Shown here in pieces: positions 20,735 to 30,513 of a DNA stretch of 64,000 bases; the stretch's first letter is position 1; each line of letters opens with the position of its first letter. The DNA is from Candidatus Cloacimonetes bacterium 4572_55 (GTDB lineage: Bacteria; 4572-55). Location: assembly GCA_002084765.1 (NCBI GenBank), contig NBMB01000012.1:21084-85083 (forward strand), read 5' to 3'. The position numbers and the translations under genes are program-made. The notes beneath the pieces are model-generated. The model saw nothing but the letters and a program-made list of their open reading frames with translations, had not been told where the DNA came from and did not search any database.

Positions 20735-23284
20735 TTATATTTCCTCTTCTTGAACATTTTGAACATCCGAAACCGGCTCTTGATTGACGTCTAATTCCAG
20801 CTCTTTTTGTTTTGGCAGCAGCCAGCCTGGTCGAAAACAAGCGGTTAAAAAGAGAATGAACAGTATAAAAAATAACAGTTTGGAGATATATAACATGATA
20901 ATCATGCCCACAAACAGGCAGGTGCGCATACCAGATTTTGCGCCGACAAAATTCCAAAATGACTCCCAAGAAGCGACCCAACCATAGATCGTCCCAACGA
21001 TTAAAAAAATGATTCTTCGGGAAAAGAAAAGTGCAAGCAAGATAATAAATATAATCACAATTTCCACAATAATGATAGTCCAGGGAGCCGAGAACCGGAC
21101 AGTAAGCGTGATAGGCTCGCTTTCTATCACAGTTTTATTAAACCGGTATAGTTGCCCGCTGGTTGGCATTTCGATTTTCATAAACTCGCCGGCGGACCCG
21201 GGCTGACCCAACCCTTTGTGCTGCTCAGTCTGAATCATTTGATCTAAGTCGGCTTCATTATTCAATTGCGCGGCCATATCCGATTTGTTGATCGCGTTAT
21301 TTTTAAACGAGGAAAATGAAAGCGAATACGCGTGGTCTTCGCTTTGCGTTTGGTGGCGATTTCCCCCAACTTTTTCCAAAGACTGAGCGGCTTCCCGGTA
21401 GGTCGAAACCATATCCAGATCAAAGTTACGCTTTTTCCCCATCAGCAGATTCATCGTGCCTGCCATCTTTTCCTTTTCCACATCGCCGGCAAAATGGAGA
21501 TAGCGATAATCTTGTGGCAAATAAACAGACCACAACATTTTGCTGATCATAATGTCGGCTAACGGAAAGTCAACCTTGCGCGTACCAATGAATGAAAATG
21601 GATTGCCCTTGTTGTAATACATTAAATTCACCGTAAAGCTATTCAGAACATCGCCATCCATATCGGATCGGGCAAGCGGGATCATGACTGTGCCTTCTTC
21701 ATTTTTCGAGGCGTTTTCCCGTTTACCATTCACATAGACCGTCCAGATTTCTGAGTCATAGGGCAACTGGAGTTCCAGAAACTGCTTCCATGTGTTTCGG
21801 ACTGTATAAACCACTTTTGTCAACAATTTGCCGTCCTCCAGCACAACCGTAATCACGCTTCCCATATCGATCACGCTGCTGATAGTCGGCAACTCGTCAT
21901 GCCTGGCGATGGAGAGTTCCAGGTTGAAGGGATGGCGCAGATAACGAAAACCAAACAACAGCGGTCTCTTCGACATATTGATCAACTCAAAGGGTAACTC
22001 CTTGATATCAATACGGTCCAGTTGATCGATTTTCGTTGGCGTAGCTTGTGCCGCGCTTTTCTTTTCCGCTCCGATATAGCCGGTCTCTCGGATCGCTTTG
22101 ATGACTTCAAATCCAGGAAAATTACATTCAATTTTTTCCTTTTCAAACAACCGCTCGGCGATAATGTGAACCACGGCATTGCCTTTCAATGGCGTATCAA
22201 AAGGGATTCTGAGCACAGTTCCACTATCTGTTTCCGAAGTCTGCCAATCTCGTATCTCCTGACCATTTTTCTGTTTGACGTAGAGAATGCTATACCCTGT
22301 CGGCACTTGGGTATCAACGTATGGAATCGAGTTTTGCAGCACATTCAGCTTAATCCGGCTGTTAATCCGCAGCGCGTCTTCCTCGATGGAGAGCAAATTG
22401 AAGGTTTCGACATAAATTTTCGATGGGATTTTCTCTTCAACATCGCTACTATCTTGCCCGTCTTCGACAATCGGCTTATATTTTCGATGCGCTATGACCG
22501 AGATTGAATTTGTCGACGGTAAAATCGCCTTTATATCTGTTTGACCATTTCCGGGTATGACTTCAATTTCTCGGGCATTGGCGATTTCCAGCTCGATCGT
22601 TTCGAGAGGAATCGATAATTCAAAAAGCGTGACCGCGGTTTTGATAATGGATAATTCAAAAATTTTCGGCCCTTTATTCAGATCAGAAGGGGCAAAAAAT
22701 CGGGCTTCTAACCTATGCTTTCCCACCTCGGACGTCGTCAGTTGATACCAGTTTCCTTTCTCAGTCACCAGAGCGGTTGATCCATTCAACGTCACTTCTG
22801 CAAGAGCCGCGCCTGCGGGAAGGAATGGGATTTGTTGATACCCCCCGCCCTCTTTTTCGAATATCTCGAAATAAAAAATCGCAGTAAAATCGGTATTATT
22901 CGCCTCCATTTTCCCCTTATATTCCGCTTTGGTGACGATATAATCCGCCGGAGATTTTGGTACAGCTTGAGGCGGGGGTTTCATGCGCTCCAACAATTGC
23001 CGGAACTGTTCACGCGGTAAGATGACAAAGCCATTTTTCACGGAATAATTAATCTGGACATCGTCGCCTGTCTGCTTCAAGAGCTGTTGAAATTCTTCCC
23101 ATGTCAGGCGAACGTCGTCTCTATTTATATCCAAAAGGTCTTGTAGCTCATCCCAGGTCAGCGTGACTTTGCTGGATTCATCCGGTTCGGCTGAGGCAAT
23201 AATCGGCGCGGATACGCCGTTTCCAATAAACAGGATAAGACAAATCCACATAAGAATATCCGCTCTATTTCGATACGTTTTCAT
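20735..23284 (-). CDS. large envelope protein of unknown function with C-terminal multi-pass TM region; paralog of the adjacent gene
   Basis: Signal peptide, shared N-terminal block (TWDELQDLL...REQFRQLLERMKP), about three hydrophobic helices at the C-terminus. Confidence 0.7.
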   Translation of the reverse strand: MKTYRNRADILMWICLILFIGNGVSAPIIASAEPDESSKVTLTWDELQDLLDINRDDVRLTWEEFQQLLKQTGDDVQINYSVKNGFVILPREQFRQLLERMKPPPQAVPKSPADYIVTKAEYKGKMEANNTDFTAIFYFEIFEKEGGGYQQIPFLPAGAALAEVTLNGSTALVTEKGNWYQLTTSEVGKHRLEARFFAPSDLNKGPKIFELSIIKTAVTLFELSIPLETIELEIANAREIEVIPGNGQTDIKAILPSTNSISVIAHRKYKPIVEDGQDSSDVEEKIPSKIYVETFNLLSIEEDALRINSRIKLNVLQNSIPYVDTQVPTGYSILYVKQKNGQEIRDWQTSETDSGTVLRIPFDTPLKGNAVVHIIAERLFEKEKIECNFPGFEVIKAIRETGYIGAEKKSAAQATPTKIDQLDRIDIKELPFELINMSKRPLLFGFRYLRHPFNLELSIARHDELPTISSVIDMGSVITVVLEDGKLLTKVVYTVRNTWKQFLELQLPYDSEIWTVYVNGKRENASKNEEGTVMIPLARSDMDGDVLNSFTVNLMYYNKGNPFSFIGTRKVDFPLADIMISKMLWSVYLPQDYRYLHFAGDVEKEKMAGTMNLLMGKKRNFDLDMVSTYREAAQSLEKVGGNRHQTQSEDHAYSLSFSSFKNNAINKSDMAAQLNNEADLDQMIQTEQHKGLGQPGSAGEFMKIEMPTSGQLYRFNKTVIESEPITLTVRFSAPWTIIIVEIVIIFIILLALFFSRRIIFLIVGTIYGWVASWESFWNFVGAKSGMRTCLFVGMIIMLYISKLLFFILFILFLTACFRPGWLLPKQKELELDVNQEPVSDVQNVQEEEI

Positions 23285-23370
23285 ATTGATTTTCCCTAAA
23301 AAGTTAGTAACTATTCAGCCGTGAGATGGGTTGGTAGTCTTAGATCGATACCTATTCCATTTCCGGGATT

Positions 23371-23402
23371 CAAAAAAAGGGCATGTCGTCTCCAACATGC
23401 CC
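23371..23402 (-). terminator. rho-independent terminator downstream of ssrA
   Basis: Minus-strand hairpin GGGCATG / CATGCCC followed by a T7 run. Confidence 0.5.
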
Positions 23403-23486
23403 AATTTACTCTTCGATTTTTTTTTAATTTCTTGAAATAAGCACCCATCTTACAGACAGGCAACACTTTTTCCAATTCACTCAAAA

Positions 23487-23879
23487 TGGTGGAGGCGGCG
23501 GGAATCGAACCCGCGTCCGAAAATACATCCAACCGATCTTCTACATGCTTATCCCGTATTTTTTTATCCCGTCCTATCAAATCCTTACGGGCGAGTCTTT
23601 AATAGGACAGATCCGCATTATTCTCATCTAAATAACGGCGAACGCGTTATCAGACCAGCCCACTTTACCGTCGTCCTTATCCGCCCACGTGGGCGAAGGC
23701 GGTAAGGACGGCCGCCTAAATTTAGGCGGCAAGCACCATCGAGTTGCCAGAGGCAACGGGATAGCTTGCAACATCATAGTTTGCAGTTAAATTTATCTCC
23801 CGCGAATTTTACGAGTTAGCGGAACTTACTCGACATGCCGACCAACCTTCGGTATCCCCGTCGAATCCAAGTCGCCCCC
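23487..23879 (-). ncRNA. ssrA: tmRNA (transfer-messenger RNA)
   Basis: 5-prime GGGGGCGACUUGGAUUCGACGGGG and 3-prime UUCGAUUCCCGCCGCCUCCACCA tRNA-like ends. Internal tag ORF ends ...MVLAA-stop (GTG CTT GCC GCC TAA). Confidence 0.9.
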
Positions 23880-23981
23880 ATTTTAAATAGTAAAGCTGGA
23901 ACATCTATATTTGGAATATGTTCCAGCTTTACTGAAAAATTGTATCCTTATTCACGTATTCAGTTCATTTTTTTTCTTTCT

Positions 23982-25181
23982 TTAATCGCTCACAATAATA
24001 TAATTACGGATACCTTTATTCTTTACCAAATTTTCAGCGGACAGCTTCGCCTCCTCCCTGCTACGATAATTTCCGACCCAGACTCGATACAGAATCTTTC
24101 CGCCGCCGGAATCTACCTGAACGATCGTGATCTCAGTTTCAGCGTCTTGGATCGTCGATTTCAGCAATTGAGCGTTTTCCGAACTTGAATACGCGCCGAT
24201 CTGAATATGAAATTGTTCACCAGACGCACTCCCATAAGTCCTTTTATCGTTGGACAGGGTCGGAGTCTCCGCTGAAGGCGTCACATCAACGGCTTCACGC
24301 GGGGGGGTATCCATTTTCGGTTTTGCCACCGCGGGAGGCTCTACGCGAGGAGGCGGACTTGGTTCGACATTCGTAACCTGTGGCGTTTTTTCCGTCTTGT
24401 TCGGCACCGGTTTATCCAAAATACTGAAGTCGAGATTCTTTCCTCGCACCATGGCGGCCTCAAAACTTTCCGGATAATTCTCTAACACCCGTTGGTACGC
24501 TGTCAGCGATTCCCGTTTGCGACCACTTTCCGAAAGGCTTTCTCCATACCGATAATACGCCACGCTCATCACGTCGCTGTTGGGATATTCTCTGATCAGC
24601 TGTTGGTATTTCTCAATAGCGGTTTTAAAATCTTTCCGCTGTTGGTAAATATAGGCGAGATCAAGCAAGGCCCACGACGCCTTTTCCGATAAAGGATAAG
24701 AGGTTATAGCACTGTTCAACGCATTTTTCGCCAACTCAATTTCGTCCGCCATGTAGAGCGAATTGGCACTCCAATATGCAGCTTCGGAACATAAATCGCT
24801 CTGTGGATAATCGACTGTAATACGATGATATAAATCCGCCGCTTTTTTGTAGTTTTTCTTGGCGTAATCATATTGAGCCAGTCCCAACAAGGCGTCGTCC
24901 GCAAAAGAGTGGGACGGATGTTCCTGTAAGATTTTCTCGAAATATTTAATTGCATGATCCGGATTCATCTCCAGTCTTGCCAGATACATATAGACATTCG
25001 GCATGTATTCCGAAGAGCCATACGTATTCACAAATTCCGAAAAAGTGCTTCGTGCATTATCAAGATCGCCTTGATTGTAGAGATCAACACCTTTTTGATA
25101 CGCCTGGTGATCGAGCGTTTGACTCCATGACATGGAGAATGACAGAAACAAAAAAATTAATACTACTACGAATTTTCGCAT
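23982..25181 (-). CDS. TPR-repeat protein with C-terminal SPOR (peptidoglycan-binding) domain
   Basis: Signal peptide, several TPR-like repeats, Pro-rich linker, SPOR-like block FHIQIGAYSS...YRVWVGNY. Confidence 0.75.
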   Translation of the reverse strand: MRKFVVVLIFLFLSFSMSWSQTLDHQAYQKGVDLYNQGDLDNARSTFSEFVNTYGSSEYMPNVYMYLARLEMNPDHAIKYFEKILQEHPSHSFADDALLGLAQYDYAKKNYKKAADLYHRITVDYPQSDLCSEAAYWSANSLYMADEIELAKNALNSAITSYPLSEKASWALLDLAYIYQQRKDFKTAIEKYQQLIREYPNSDVMSVAYYRYGESLSESGRKRESLTAYQRVLENYPESFEAAMVRGKNLDFSILDKPVPNKTEKTPQVTNVEPSPPPRVEPPAVAKPKMDTPPREAVDVTPSAETPTLSNDKRTYGSASGEQFHIQIGAYSSSENAQLLKSTIQDAETEITIVQVDSGGGKILYRVWVGNYRSREEAKLSAENLVKNKGIRNYIIVSD

Positions 25182-25376
25182 GGTAACTACCCCTTTCTCG
25201 TTAGGTTAATTGACTTCTTGACAATGTATTAGTATGGCACACTTAAAGTAATTTGTCAAGTGTATTTTTTACCAATCCTTCGACTTATTGACAAAAAAAG
25301 AAAATTGCTTTGGGAAGCGTCAATATTTTATGGCGAGAGGATCCGCACATTACGTGGATTAGGCAGAGGGTCTTCA

Positions 25377-26327
25377 TTACCAAATTCGTCCTTCCAAAAT
25401 TCTAAGCGTTTGACCCGCCCAATAAATTCCCTGTTTCGATCCGACGCCTTGGGTGACAAATATAACGATACCGATCCGAGGAGTATCTCCTGGATAAAAA
25501 ACAACGGTCCAGGCATGAGTTTTTGTATGATCCTCCACTCCGCCGAGGCGATAGGGAGCTGTTCCTGTCTTGACGAAAAGCGAGTCTTGATGTGTCGCGT
25601 TCTGGAGTCCGCTGCCGCTGCCGTATCGAAAAGACGCGGCCATTCCTCTGCGAATGAGGTCTCTAATTTTATCTGGCATAGAAATTTTTTTGAATGGCAC
25701 TCCCTCGCATGTCCAATCGAACAGGACTCCGTCATTATAGAACAGGCTGAGATATGTCAATATTTGCAATGGAGTCATTTTCAAGCTGGGATTGAGACCA
25801 ATCATCAGATCGATTTCATCTTCTGGCGTGAACGTCCGTGGCATGGAGTATCCCAAATTTTCCATGAATCGGGAGAATTCAGAAAATCTGAGCTTTTGCG
25901 CTGCATGGCGAAAATATGAATTGCAGGAATACGCGATCGCGTCGGTCAGATCGACTCGTCCATGTCCGTTAAGGTACCAACAGCGATTGAAATCACTGTA
26001 ACCGGATCGATAGCAATATATTAAGTCATTCGGATCAAGCGATCCTCTGATCAAACCCGCGCAGGCTGTTAGCGGCTTGATCAGAGACCCTATGGGAAAC
26101 GAGCGGTGTAAAGCCGTTTTCGATTGATGAACCGCGAGTATTTCACCGGTGTAAATATCGAGGATCACCGCGGCCACTGAGTCTGGGAGAGTTTTTTGTA
26201 ACAATTTCTCCACATCTGAATAGGGAGAATCCATCGCGTGTTCTTGGATCGACGGAGAACAATTTGAGCCTTGAATTTCACAATTTAAAATCTGAAATAA
26301 TATGAAAAAGACAAAAATTTGTTTCAT
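25377..26327 (-). CDS. penicillin-binding-protein transpeptidase / beta-lactamase-fold protein
   Basis: Motifs SLIK (SxxK), SCN (SxN) and KTGT (KTG). Start overlaps the upstream gene's stop. Confidence 0.65.
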   Translation of the reverse strand: MKQIFVFFILFQILNCEIQGSNCSPSIQEHAMDSPYSDVEKLLQKTLPDSVAAVILDIYTGEILAVHQSKTALHRSFPIGSLIKPLTACAGLIRGSLDPNDLIYCYRSGYSDFNRCWYLNGHGRVDLTDAIAYSCNSYFRHAAQKLRFSEFSRFMENLGYSMPRTFTPEDEIDLMIGLNPSLKMTPLQILTYLSLFYNDGVLFDWTCEGVPFKKISMPDKIRDLIRRGMAASFRYGSGSGLQNATHQDSLFVKTGTAPYRLGGVEDHTKTHAWTVVFYPGDTPRIGIVIFVTQGVGSKQGIYWAGQTLRILEGRIW

Positions 26328-28030
26328 CCCTCGATAGACGAATCAGAATCAAACGAGTTGTTCCTTTCGATTTGAATATCGTTCATTTTATCGCCGTTGA
26401 AAATTAGCGGAATCTCCAGTCCTTTGACCCAAGGTTGATATACCCAGGATTCGGTTCCGTGATAAAAGAAAACCCATGGTGCTTCTTGGATAATCAACTC
26501 CTCGGCAGCCTGATACAAAGTGATCCGATGGAGGGGGTCTTGCGTGGCTCGCGCCAGTTCAATCAATCGGTCAAATTTTTTATTTTTAAAATTCAGATTG
26601 GCTGTAGTGGGCTGTTCGGAATGAAAAATCGGATAGAGAAAATTTTCTGCATCCGGATAATCTGCTGACCACGCCCGATAATAACTATCGATCTCGCCCT
26701 TTCGGACAGCAGTCTTTAGCACGCTCCACTCATTTTGGACGATACTCGCCTCGATTCCCACCTCTTGCAGATAGCCTTGAAACGCCTCGCATATCGAGAG
26801 TGCGGATTTTTCTGTGGATTGCCAGATATCGAACGAGAAACCGTCGGGATACCCGGCTTGGCGCAGCAATTCCTTTGCCTTTTCTGGATTATATTCATAG
26901 CCTTTTGCCGATGAATTGTAAGCCCCCAGCCCCGGAGGAATAACACCGTGTGCCAATGTGCCTCGACCGTTCAGCAATCGTTCAAGAATGGTCTGGCGGT
27001 CAATTGCATGGTTCAACGCCTGGCGAACCAATACGTTATCAAACGGCGGCTTACCGCAATTCAGATTCAGTCCGTAGCTGTTCAGCATATTTCGAGAGAC
27101 AATGTGCGACGATCGCTTTGTATCCGAAATAATTCGTTGATATTCCGCATCCGGAATTGGTAAAAAGGAGAGATTGCCCAGCTCGAACTCAGCTAATGCG
27201 GTCAATTCCTCTTTGATAATCCGAAACTCCACGCTCTCTACCTTTGGTTTTTCGCCGAAATAAAGGGGATTGCGCTCAAAAAGAAGATAATAATCCGGCT
27301 GCCATTTTTTCAGCGTAAAAGGACCGGTTCCCACTGGATTCTGACCGTAATCTTCTCCCCATCGCTCCACCGCATCTTTTGAAATAATATAGGTTTGAGG
27401 CAAAGCCAATAGGCTCAAAAAAGGCGCGAACGGCTCTTGAATCTTCAGCTCAATCGTATAAGAATCAATCACCCGGATACCTGAGATTCTTACGCGCTTT
27501 TTGTTCACGAAAACCGAATCTTCTTGCGACTGCTCCATCTCCGAGCTATCCCGTATCGAGGAGACAAACTCCGTGGCTCCGACCAATCGCTCCAAAACCC
27601 AGCTTGATGGAGACTCGAGCAACAATCTCTCGAAACTGAACCGGACGTCGTTCGCAGTCAACCTCTGCCCATTGCTGAAAACCACTCCACGCTTCAAATG
27701 AAAAGTGTAGACCAAACCATTCGGCGAAATCAGGATAGAGTCCGCCAGATCTGGAATCACATTTCCTTCAATATCCGAGCGCGTCAACCCGTTATATAGC
27801 AACGCTGAAGTCCTTCCGTGAGAGGAGGCGTCCCACATCCGAACCGGATCATAAGTCGTCGGGTCCGACGTCAAAGGAACGACCAACTTGTTCGAAAGGG
27901 GATCATTTTTTGTCTCCTGCCAGCAGGAATACATAACGATCATCAACCCTACACATAAGAAAAGAAACGCAAATCGACTCTTTAGCCTACTTGGATTTCT
28001 ATAATTACTTTTTGAACGATTAAGCATCAA
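26324..28030 (-). CDS. ABC transporter substrate-binding protein, family 5 (peptide/nickel type)
   Basis: Signal peptide and SBP_bac_5-like architecture; start overlaps the pheS stop. Confidence 0.75.
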   Translation of the reverse strand: MMLNRSKSNYRNPSRLKSRFAFLFLCVGLMIVMYSCWQETKNDPLSNKLVVPLTSDPTTYDPVRMWDASSHGRTSALLYNGLTRSDIEGNVIPDLADSILISPNGLVYTFHLKRGVVFSNGQRLTANDVRFSFERLLLESPSSWVLERLVGATEFVSSIRDSSEMEQSQEDSVFVNKKRVRISGIRVIDSYTIELKIQEPFAPFLSLLALPQTYIISKDAVERWGEDYGQNPVGTGPFTLKKWQPDYYLLFERNPLYFGEKPKVESVEFRIIKEELTALAEFELGNLSFLPIPDAEYQRIISDTKRSSHIVSRNMLNSYGLNLNCGKPPFDNVLVRQALNHAIDRQTILERLLNGRGTLAHGVIPPGLGAYNSSAKGYEYNPEKAKELLRQAGYPDGFSFDIWQSTEKSALSICEAFQGYLQEVGIEASIVQNEWSVLKTAVRKGEIDSYYRAWSADYPDAENFLYPIFHSEQPTTANLNFKNKKFDRLIELARATQDPLHRITLYQAAEELIIQEAPWVFFYHGTESWVYQPWVKGLEIPLIFNGDKMNDIQIERNNSFDSDSSIEG

Positions 28031-29073
28031 AATTGCTCCAAAAATCGCACATCATTATCTAGGAATAGGCGAATATCATTAATTTGATAGCGTAACATCG
28101 CGATTCTTTCGACTCCCAATCCAAAGGCGTATCCGCTATATATTTCTGGATCATAGTTGACATATCGATACACCGCGGGGTCAACCATGCCGCATCCCAA
28201 TATCTCGACCCAACCAGTATATTTGCAAACCGCGCACCCCTTGCCGCTACACATCACGCAGGATATGTCTACCTCCGCGCTCGGCTCGGTAAAGGGGAAA
28301 AAGCTGGGTCGAAATCGCACCAAAAGATTGTCTCCGAACATTTGCCTGGAGAAATAGGACAAAACCCCTTTCAGATCTCGGAAAGTGACATTGTTATCCA
28401 CATAGAGGCCTTCGACCTGATAAAAGACTGCATGATGAGACGCGTCAATCGCTTCGTTTCGGTAGACTCGTCCCGGAACGATAATCCGTACCGGCGGTTG
28501 CCGACGTTCCATAGTCCGAATCTGCACCGGTGATGTATGAGTCCGCAAGACTGTCCGATCCGTCTGATCATCAATATAAAAAGTATCCCACATGTCCCGA
28601 GCCGGATGATCCTTTGGGATATTCAGGGCGTCAAAATTGTAATAGTCGCTCTCTATCTCGGGTCCGTCCGCTACCGAAAAACCCAGACCTTTGAAAATAG
28701 AGGAAATTTCGTCAAGGGTCTGTTGAATAATATGAATTTTCCCGGAGCGTTGCCGTACGCCTGGCAAAGTCACATCAATCCATTCTTTTCCCAACCGCTC
28801 CTGCTCAGCCCTCTGGCGAAGTTCCTCGCGTTTCTCTTCATATTTGGCACCAAATTCCGACTTAAAACTATTCACCAACCGACCGATCAGGGGACGATCT
28901 TTTGGATCGACACTCTTCAATCCCTTCATTATCGATTGAATAGCCCCCTTTCTGCCCATATATTTGATTCTCAGCCTATCCAATTCCTTTAATTGGCTTA
29001 ATTGATCAACCCGATTCAGGTCGGAAAAAGCCTCTTCCTTTAGCGATTTTATTTTATTTTTCAAGTCATCCAT
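28027..29073 (-). CDS. pheS: phenylalanine--tRNA ligase alpha subunit
   Basis: Class II aaRS motifs (FRPSFFPFTEPS, GLGVERIAML). Confidence 0.95.
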   Translation of the reverse strand: MDDLKNKIKSLKEEAFSDLNRVDQLSQLKELDRLRIKYMGRKGAIQSIMKGLKSVDPKDRPLIGRLVNSFKSEFGAKYEEKREELRQRAEQERLGKEWIDVTLPGVRQRSGKIHIIQQTLDEISSIFKGLGFSVADGPEIESDYYNFDALNIPKDHPARDMWDTFYIDDQTDRTVLRTHTSPVQIRTMERRQPPVRIIVPGRVYRNEAIDASHHAVFYQVEGLYVDNNVTFRDLKGVLSYFSRQMFGDNLLVRFRPSFFPFTEPSAEVDISCVMCSGKGCAVCKYTGWVEILGCGMVDPAVYRYVNYDPEIYSGYAFGLGVERIAMLRYQINDIRLFLDNDVRFLEQF

Positions 29074-29176
29074 ATTTTAGAACCCGCTATTGATAGTAAA
29101 AAAAACGCCCGATTCGGAATACTCCAATTGAATCGGGCGTTTCTTATAAAAAAATCTTATTCTTCAAAATTAACGG

Positions 29177-29533
29177 TTAAGCCGTTTGGGGCTCTTGAGT
29201 TTCCCGCACCAACTTTCCGAATGCTTCTAAATCATGCACAGCCAGATCAGCCAACACTTTCCGATCCAATAAGATGTTCGCCTTTTTCAAACTATTGATA
29301 AATCGGCTATAAGTTGTTCCGAACAGCCGACAAGCGGCATTAATTCTGACGATCCACAGGCGTCGAAAGTCTCGCTTTCGTGTCCGGCGATGTTTATATT
29401 CATTAGACATCGCCCGTTGAGCGGCTTCTCTCGCTGTACGATAGAGTCGATGACGCCCGCCTCGAAAACCTTTGGCTCGTTTTAACCACTTATTCCGTCG
29501 ATGTCGGGAAGCGGGCTTGCCAGTTGCTCTCAT
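29177..29533 (-). CDS. rplT: 50S ribosomal protein L20
   Basis: Characteristic basic N-terminus and [11 protein letters not shown] block. Confidence 0.95.
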   Translation of the reverse strand: MRATGKPASRHRRNKWLKRAKGFRGGRHRLYRTAREAAQRAMSNEYKHRRTRKRDFRRLWIVRINAACRLFGTTYSRFINSLKKANILLDRKVLADLAVHDLEAFGKLVRETQEPQTA

Positions 29534-29637
29534 CTTTTACTCCTTATACACATTTATATCCTAATTTTATATCTAAAATAACTAAATCGTATGCTTAAAT
29601 CTATATCCGATCTTGATTGGTTAGGATTCCCCTAACC

Positions 29638-29835
29638 TTAACCTAAAGTCAATTGGCGCAAGACACGGCTCACATCCGCCTTATTGACTAAGGTTGCTTT
29701 ATTCAAATTTCGTTTACGCTTTCGGGTTTTCTTCGTAAAAATGTGGTTGGCAAACGCCTTCTCTCGTTTAATCTTCCCTGAGCTGGTCAGTTTAAAACGT
29801 TTCTTCGCGCCGCTTCTGGTCTTCATCTTCGGCAT
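29638..29835 (-). CDS. rpmI: 50S ribosomal protein L35
   Basis: 65 aa, [14 protein letters not shown] start. Confidence 0.9.
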   Translation of the reverse strand: MPKMKTRSGAKKRFKLTSSGKIKREKAFANHIFTKKTRKRKRNLNKATLVNKADVSRVLRQLTLG

Positions 29836-29952
29836 GTCGCGATACTCCTTAAATTATCCCTTCAAAACAACGTCAAAAAATCTCTCTTAATATCGATATT
29901 ATTTATAAAAATATTTGCAGAAAACAGAGCGATCAGCCCAAGTCGTCAATAG

Positions 29953-30474
29953 TTAGTTAACCTTTTTCTTGATCGGGATAAATGTCGCTGTCAGGTGTCG
30001 CCCCTCCATACGGGGTCTGTTCTCAAGATCGGCAATTTCCTTAACTTCATCGACCAGCCGATCCATCAAACCTTGACCAATTTCCTTATGGACAATCTCT
30101 CTGCCTCGATAGATGATCTGAATCTTTACCTTTGATCCATGTTTAATAAATTTAATTAGATTCGCTTTTTTAAAATTATAATCATGCGTCTCAATATTCG
30201 GTCGGAACTGAATCTCTTTCACCGAGACCTGATGCTGCTTCTTTTTCGACTGCTTTGCCCGCTTCGCTTGATCATACTTATACTTCCCGTAATCCATTAT
30301 TCGACAGACCGGGGGTCTCGCCATCGGTGCCACTTCGACCAAATCCAAATTTCTGCTGCTCGCCATCTCCAGTGCCCTTCTCGTGTCAATAATACCGACT
30401 TGCCCACCTTTTTCATCGATCAGCCTGACCTGCGGCACTCGTATCCGTTCATTGATTCGAACAAAATCTCGCAT
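29953..30474 (-). CDS. infC: translation initiation factor IF-3
   Basis: INERIRVPQVRLIDEKG and IF3 C-terminal domain blocks. Confidence 0.9.
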   Translation of the reverse strand: MRDFVRINERIRVPQVRLIDEKGGQVGIIDTRRALEMASSRNLDLVEVAPMARPPVCRIMDYGKYKYDQAKRAKQSKKKQHQVSVKEIQFRPNIETHDYNFKKANLIKFIKHGSKVKIQIIYRGREIVHKEIGQGLMDRLVDEVKEIADLENRPRMEGRHLTATFIPIKKKVN

Positions 30475-30513
30475 ACGATCTTTTCTTTGGATTGGAACCT
30501 CCCGATAATAATA

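Noticed and set aside
23311-24188. ORFs 23311..23580 (-) and 23835..24188 (+)
   Set aside because: They overlap the tmRNA gene and its flanks; the tmRNA structure explains the sequence.
25260-25919. ORF 25260..25919 (+), 219 aa
   Set aside because: It is antisense to the PBP/beta-lactamase-fold gene, which has SxxK/SxN/KTG motifs; no motif of its own.
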